Source: Candidatus Woesearchaeota archaeon
GTDB taxonomy: Archaea > Nanobdellota > Nanobdellia > Woesearchaeales > WJIZ01
Length of the DNA: 64,000 nt
Assembly: GCA_018221205.1 (NCBI GenBank)
Contig: JAAOYF010000046.1
Span: 1,999 to 65,998, forward strand
Direction: 5' to 3'
Position 1 is the first letter of the stretch, and every line of letters begins with the position of its first letter. The position numbers and the translations under genes were made by a program. This document shows positions 61,823 to 64,000 of this stretch, piece after piece. The notes below the pieces were generated by a model. The model worked only from the letters and a program-made list of their open reading frames with translations, was not told where the DNA came from and did no database searches.

Positions 61823-62733
61823 GACATCACCTTGATGATCTCTTCAGTTGTCCTGCACTGAGAGAGTTTCAGGCGCAATTTAGCCGCATCTTTAATGCCT
61901 CTTGTGAAATTCATCGCGTGATTCTTCAATTGAGAATAAGAGATTTTATATTTTTCTGCTAAAAGAGCATATTCCCTGAATAAGTCCATCCCAGATCTCT
62001 TTTCGTATTCTCCTTTCTTAAGAAAATCATCAATCTGCTGGAAAATAAAGGGGTTGCCCATCGCTCCTCTGGCTACCATGATGTAATCAACACGACTTAA
62101 CTCGAGTCTTTCCTTGAAATCTTCTGGAGAAAAGACATCCCCGTTGCCGATTACAGGAATATTGACAGATTCTTTTACTTTTTTTATGATATTCCAATCA
62201 CTTTTTCCAGTATACCCTTGTTTTTGTGTCCGACCGTGGATGGCAATCGCTGCTGCACCAGCATCTTCTGCTTTTTTTGCTATCTCGACAGCGTTTATGG
62301 ATCTTTCATCTATCCCAGACCTTATTTTTAGCGTTACGGGGCTGTTGACTGCTGATGAAAGCTTAGAGATGAAGTCTGCGATGCCTTCTGGCTTTTTCAA
62401 TAGCTCTGAGCCAGCCCCTGTCTTGATGACTTTCCAGGCAGGGCAGCCGCAGTTGACGTCGATGATGTCGAATCTATCCTCGATCATCTTTGCTGCTTCA
62501 ACGACTTCTTTGATTGAACTGCCGAACAATTGGACTGCTACCGGTCTTTCAGAAGGATCTGTCTGGAGCATCTCAAGGGTTTTTTCATTCTCTCTTGTTA
62601 TCGCAATAGAATTGACAAATTCAGTATAGGTCAGAGCAGCGCCGTATCTTTTCGCTAAAGCTCGAAAAGCGACATCAGTTACGCCTGCCATCGGGCTTAA
62701 GAGCGCTTTTCCTTTCAACTTTGGGAAATCCAT
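61819..62733 (-). CDS. dus: tRNA-dihydrouridine synthase (Dus)
   Basis: LSPMAGVTDVAFRALAKRYGAALTYTEFV...VAVQLFG...IDVNCGCPAWKVIKTGAGSELLKKPE...VTLKIRSG. The ORF-track N-terminus at 62907 adds 58 low-complexity residues, so the ATG at 62733 (MDFPKLKGK) is preferred. Confidence 0.85.
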   Translation of the reverse strand: MDFPKLKGKALLSPMAGVTDVAFRALAKRYGAALTYTEFVNSIAITRENEKTLEMLQTDPSERPVAVQLFGSSIKEVVEAAKMIEDRFDIIDVNCGCPAWKVIKTGAGSELLKKPEGIADFISKLSSAVNSPVTLKIRSGIDERSINAVEIAKKAEDAGAAAIAIHGRTQKQGYTGKSDWNIIKKVKESVNIPVIGNGDVFSPEDFKERLELSRVDYIMVARGAMGNPFIFQQIDDFLKKGEYEKRSGMDLFREYALLAEKYKISYSQLKNHAMNFTRGIKDAAKLRLKLSQCRTTEEIIKVMS

Positions 62734-62806
62734 ATCGATAGTGAGTAGATTGTGACTTAAAAACCTTGCCAAAAGAATTTTATAATGCAAGTTTTTCTTT
62801 GATGCT

Positions 62807-63205
62807 ATGAAGTTTTTTTGCAAAGGACATGAGAATCTTCTCGGAACGCATAAAAATACGATTGAATTCACGAAAGATAAGCATTTGACTATGGACGGTG
62901 ACTGCATTGTCGGTGTGGAAGCTGATTTTGACTATGGAAAACTGATGAATTTCATCAAAAATAAGGAAAAGATCCATGTCAGACTTTCGGTTGGAGAGAT
63001 ATCTGATGAATTCTCTTTTGTTGTTAGTCATGATTTCGATGATAAGCATGAAATTGTCATCAGACGGAGCTATTTTAACAGCAAAAGGACATTGGGTTTC
63101 CGTACTACTAAAGCTGCGATAGACATCAAGAGGGACTTAATCGATACATTAAAGAATCCTGAATCAACATTAACGGTGGAGTTCAATGAAGACATTAAGC
63201 AATAA
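62807..63205 (+). CDS. Conserved hypothetical small protein (possibly a DUF371-type archaeal protein) upstream of the PUA protein
   Basis: ORF-track 132 aa, overlapping the next gene by 20 nt. No confident motif. Confidence 0.35.
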   Translation: MKFFCKGHENLLGTHKNTIEFTKDKHLTMDGDCIVGVEADFDYGKLMNFIKNKEKIHVRLSVGEISDEFSFVVSHDFDDKHEIVIRRSYFNSKRTLGFRTTKAAIDIKRDLIDTLKNPESTLTVEFNEDIKQ

Positions 63206-63629
63206 AGAGATCCGGCAGCTCAATCTGACCATCGAGCACTTCGGTTATGAGATCCCTAAGAAAAGCAAAGTTATTGAAGACGACAAATTGACTAAAGTAG
63301 ATGGCGAGACGCTTTTTTTCTTTAAAGATAAGGTATTGCTGCCTAGCCTTAAGTTATTGGTCAAAGAGACATTGACAATCAAGCATGTTGTTGTTGATAT
63401 GGGGGCTGTGAAATTTGTCGTCAATGGCGCAGACATCATGCGGCCAGGCATCACCCATATCGATGAAGGAATCGAAAAAGACGATTTTGTTGTCATAGTC
63501 GATGAGAACAACAAGAAACCTTTGGCTGTCGGGCAGGCATTGCTAGATGCTGAGGATATGACGAAAGCAGAGAAAGGGAAGGTTGTCAAGAGCATACATC
63601 ATGTCGGCGATGAGGTCTGGAATGCGTAA
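63186..63629 (+). CDS. Stand-alone PUA-domain RNA-binding protein (archaeal type)
   Basis: MGAVKFVVNGADIMRPGITHIDEGIEKDDFVVIVDENNKKPLAVGQALLDAEDMTKAEKGKVVKSIHHVGDEVWN matches the PUA fold signature (GA.lm.PGv.....i..gD.V.v.de.g..lAvG.al.s.eem....kGk.vk..hhvgD.lW). Confidence 0.7.
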   Translation: MKTLSNKEIRQLNLTIEHFGYEIPKKSKVIEDDKLTKVDGETLFFFKDKVLLPSLKLLVKETLTIKHVVVDMGAVKFVVNGADIMRPGITHIDEGIEKDDFVVIVDENNKKPLAVGQALLDAEDMTKAEKGKVVKSIHHVGDEVWNA

Positions 63630-63661
63630 ACTATTTATATCAATGTATGTAGAGTTCTTTT

Positions 63662-63841
63662 ATGGCCACCGAAACCCAGGTGATGAAGAAATTTCAGAAA
63701 TTTTCTAAGGCACTTGATGAATATCTTCATTCTACTCTTACCTTAGCACATCTCATGCATCCGAAAAAAGCTCATACTATCCATAAACACATCAAGGCCG
63801 TAGCGCAACAGCATGATAAGATAGTGGAGAAAATAAAATGA
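63662..63841 (+). CDS. Small hypothetical protein (59 aa; His/Lys-rich)
   Basis: ATG at 63662 (MATETQVMKKFQKFSKALDEYLHSTLTLAHLMHPKKAHTIHKHIKAVAQQHDKIVEKIK*). The stop overlaps the next ATG (ATGA at 63838-63841). Absent from the ORF track because it is shorter than 60 aa. Confidence 0.3.
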   Translation: MATETQVMKKFQKFSKALDEYLHSTLTLAHLMHPKKAHTIHKHIKAVAQQHDKIVEKIK

Positions 63842-64000
63842 TTCGTAAGATTAGCAGTAAACTCTTTAAGATTATGTTAGAAAAGAGGAAAAACAAAAGA
63901 GCGGCCGCAAAAGGACTCTTTCTCACCACTACTTCAGTCAAGGAATTTGAAGAAATTGCAAGAGACCTTGTCGCTCGTCAAAAACGCATCATCGGCAACC
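63838..64000 (+). CDS. Small ORF truncated by the window end (MIRKISSKLFKIMLEKRKNKRAAAKGLFLTTTSVKEFEEIARDLVARQKRIIGN...)
   Basis: Open frame to the window edge, translationally coupled to the preceding small ORF. Function unknown. Confidence 0.25.
   Translation, partial: MIRKISSKLFKIMLEKRKNKRAAAKGLFLTTTSVKEFEEIARDLVARQKRIIGN

Noticed and set aside
60132-62907. ORF-track N-terminal extensions of the VWA (60132) and Dus (62907) genes, and of the MNT gene (4393)
   Set aside because: The extensions overlap upstream genes or translate AT-rich promoter-like DNA into low-complexity peptides. Internal ATGs (60183, 62733 and 4468) give proteins beginning at the conserved domain boundary.
1-64000. 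tRNA, rRNA or other structured RNA genes in intergenic spacers
   Set aside because: Spacers at 2298-2387, 3659-3863, 5378-5658, 42865-42970, 46309-46477, 48076-48145, 57909-58004 and 61119-61242 were read for cloverleaf-like GC-rich segments. None were found, only the AT-rich promoter-like sequence and the repeats described above.

Overview
AT-rich island, most likely from an uncultivated archaeon (DPANN-like). The clues are a stand-alone PUA-domain protein, an archaeal-type Dus, minimal MNT/HEPN, AbrB/RelE and RHH/PIN toxin-antitoxin pairs, a dockerin module, and CARDB/SBBP/LamG/DUF2341 surface-protein domains that are saturated with N-x-S/T sequons. TGA is a normal stop codon here: several genes end in TGA and five adjacent gene pairs have ATGA stop/start overlaps. 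Gene content from start to end: (1) two tandem DUF4038/GH140-like TIM-barrel glycosidase-like ORFs, in the same frame and separated only by an in-frame TGA at 1182-1184. (2) A toxin-antitoxin island at 2388-5377 holding an AbiEi/AbiEii-like pair, AbrB-RelE and MNT-HEPN; the AbiE-like pair is bracketed by a ~65-nt direct repeat of the 3' end of the glycosidase gene, which looks like an insertion footprint. (3) Three paralogous cassettes, each a small regulator with two sigma70-region-4/HTH_10-like HTH units followed by a giant surface protein. The giant proteins are giant-1 at 6222-33725 (9167 aa), giant-2 at 36607-42864 (2085 aa) and giant-3 at 48312-57308 (2998 aa). Each cassette is preceded by arrays of a TACTTACA-N-TAGG direct-repeat motif. 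Two of the cassettes also have a conserved ~48-nt palindromic intergenic element (GAGATTTTT...AAAAATCTCGTAAAATGC) upstream. (4) Interspersed paralogous Ig-like membrane proteins with a C-terminal TM helix and a Lys/Arg tail, small TM proteins, a Cys-rich secreted protein, and a convergent RHH-RHH-PIN operon at 33729-34565. (5) A housekeeping-like right flank: MoxR-DUF58-VWA(BatA-like), a VKOR/DsbB-like membrane thiol oxidoreductase, Dus, a PUA protein and small ORFs. Giant-1 is strongly modular, with SBBP beta-propeller repeats, about 10 LamG_3 domains, 3 DUF2341-LamG pairs, FG-GAP/VCBS propellers, CARDB and Ig/FN3-like domains, and it contains a ~3.5-kb internal segmental duplication. Giant-2 carries two Kelch-like propellers, Cys-rich motifs, a canonical two-F-hand dockerin and a ~900-aa C-terminal domain of unknown function. 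Giant-3 looks like a fusion of two membrane-anchored modules joined by a sequon-free, predicted cytoplasmic, loop. No rRNA, tRNA or CRISPR was seen. All domain calls rest on motif recognition by eye; no searches were run.
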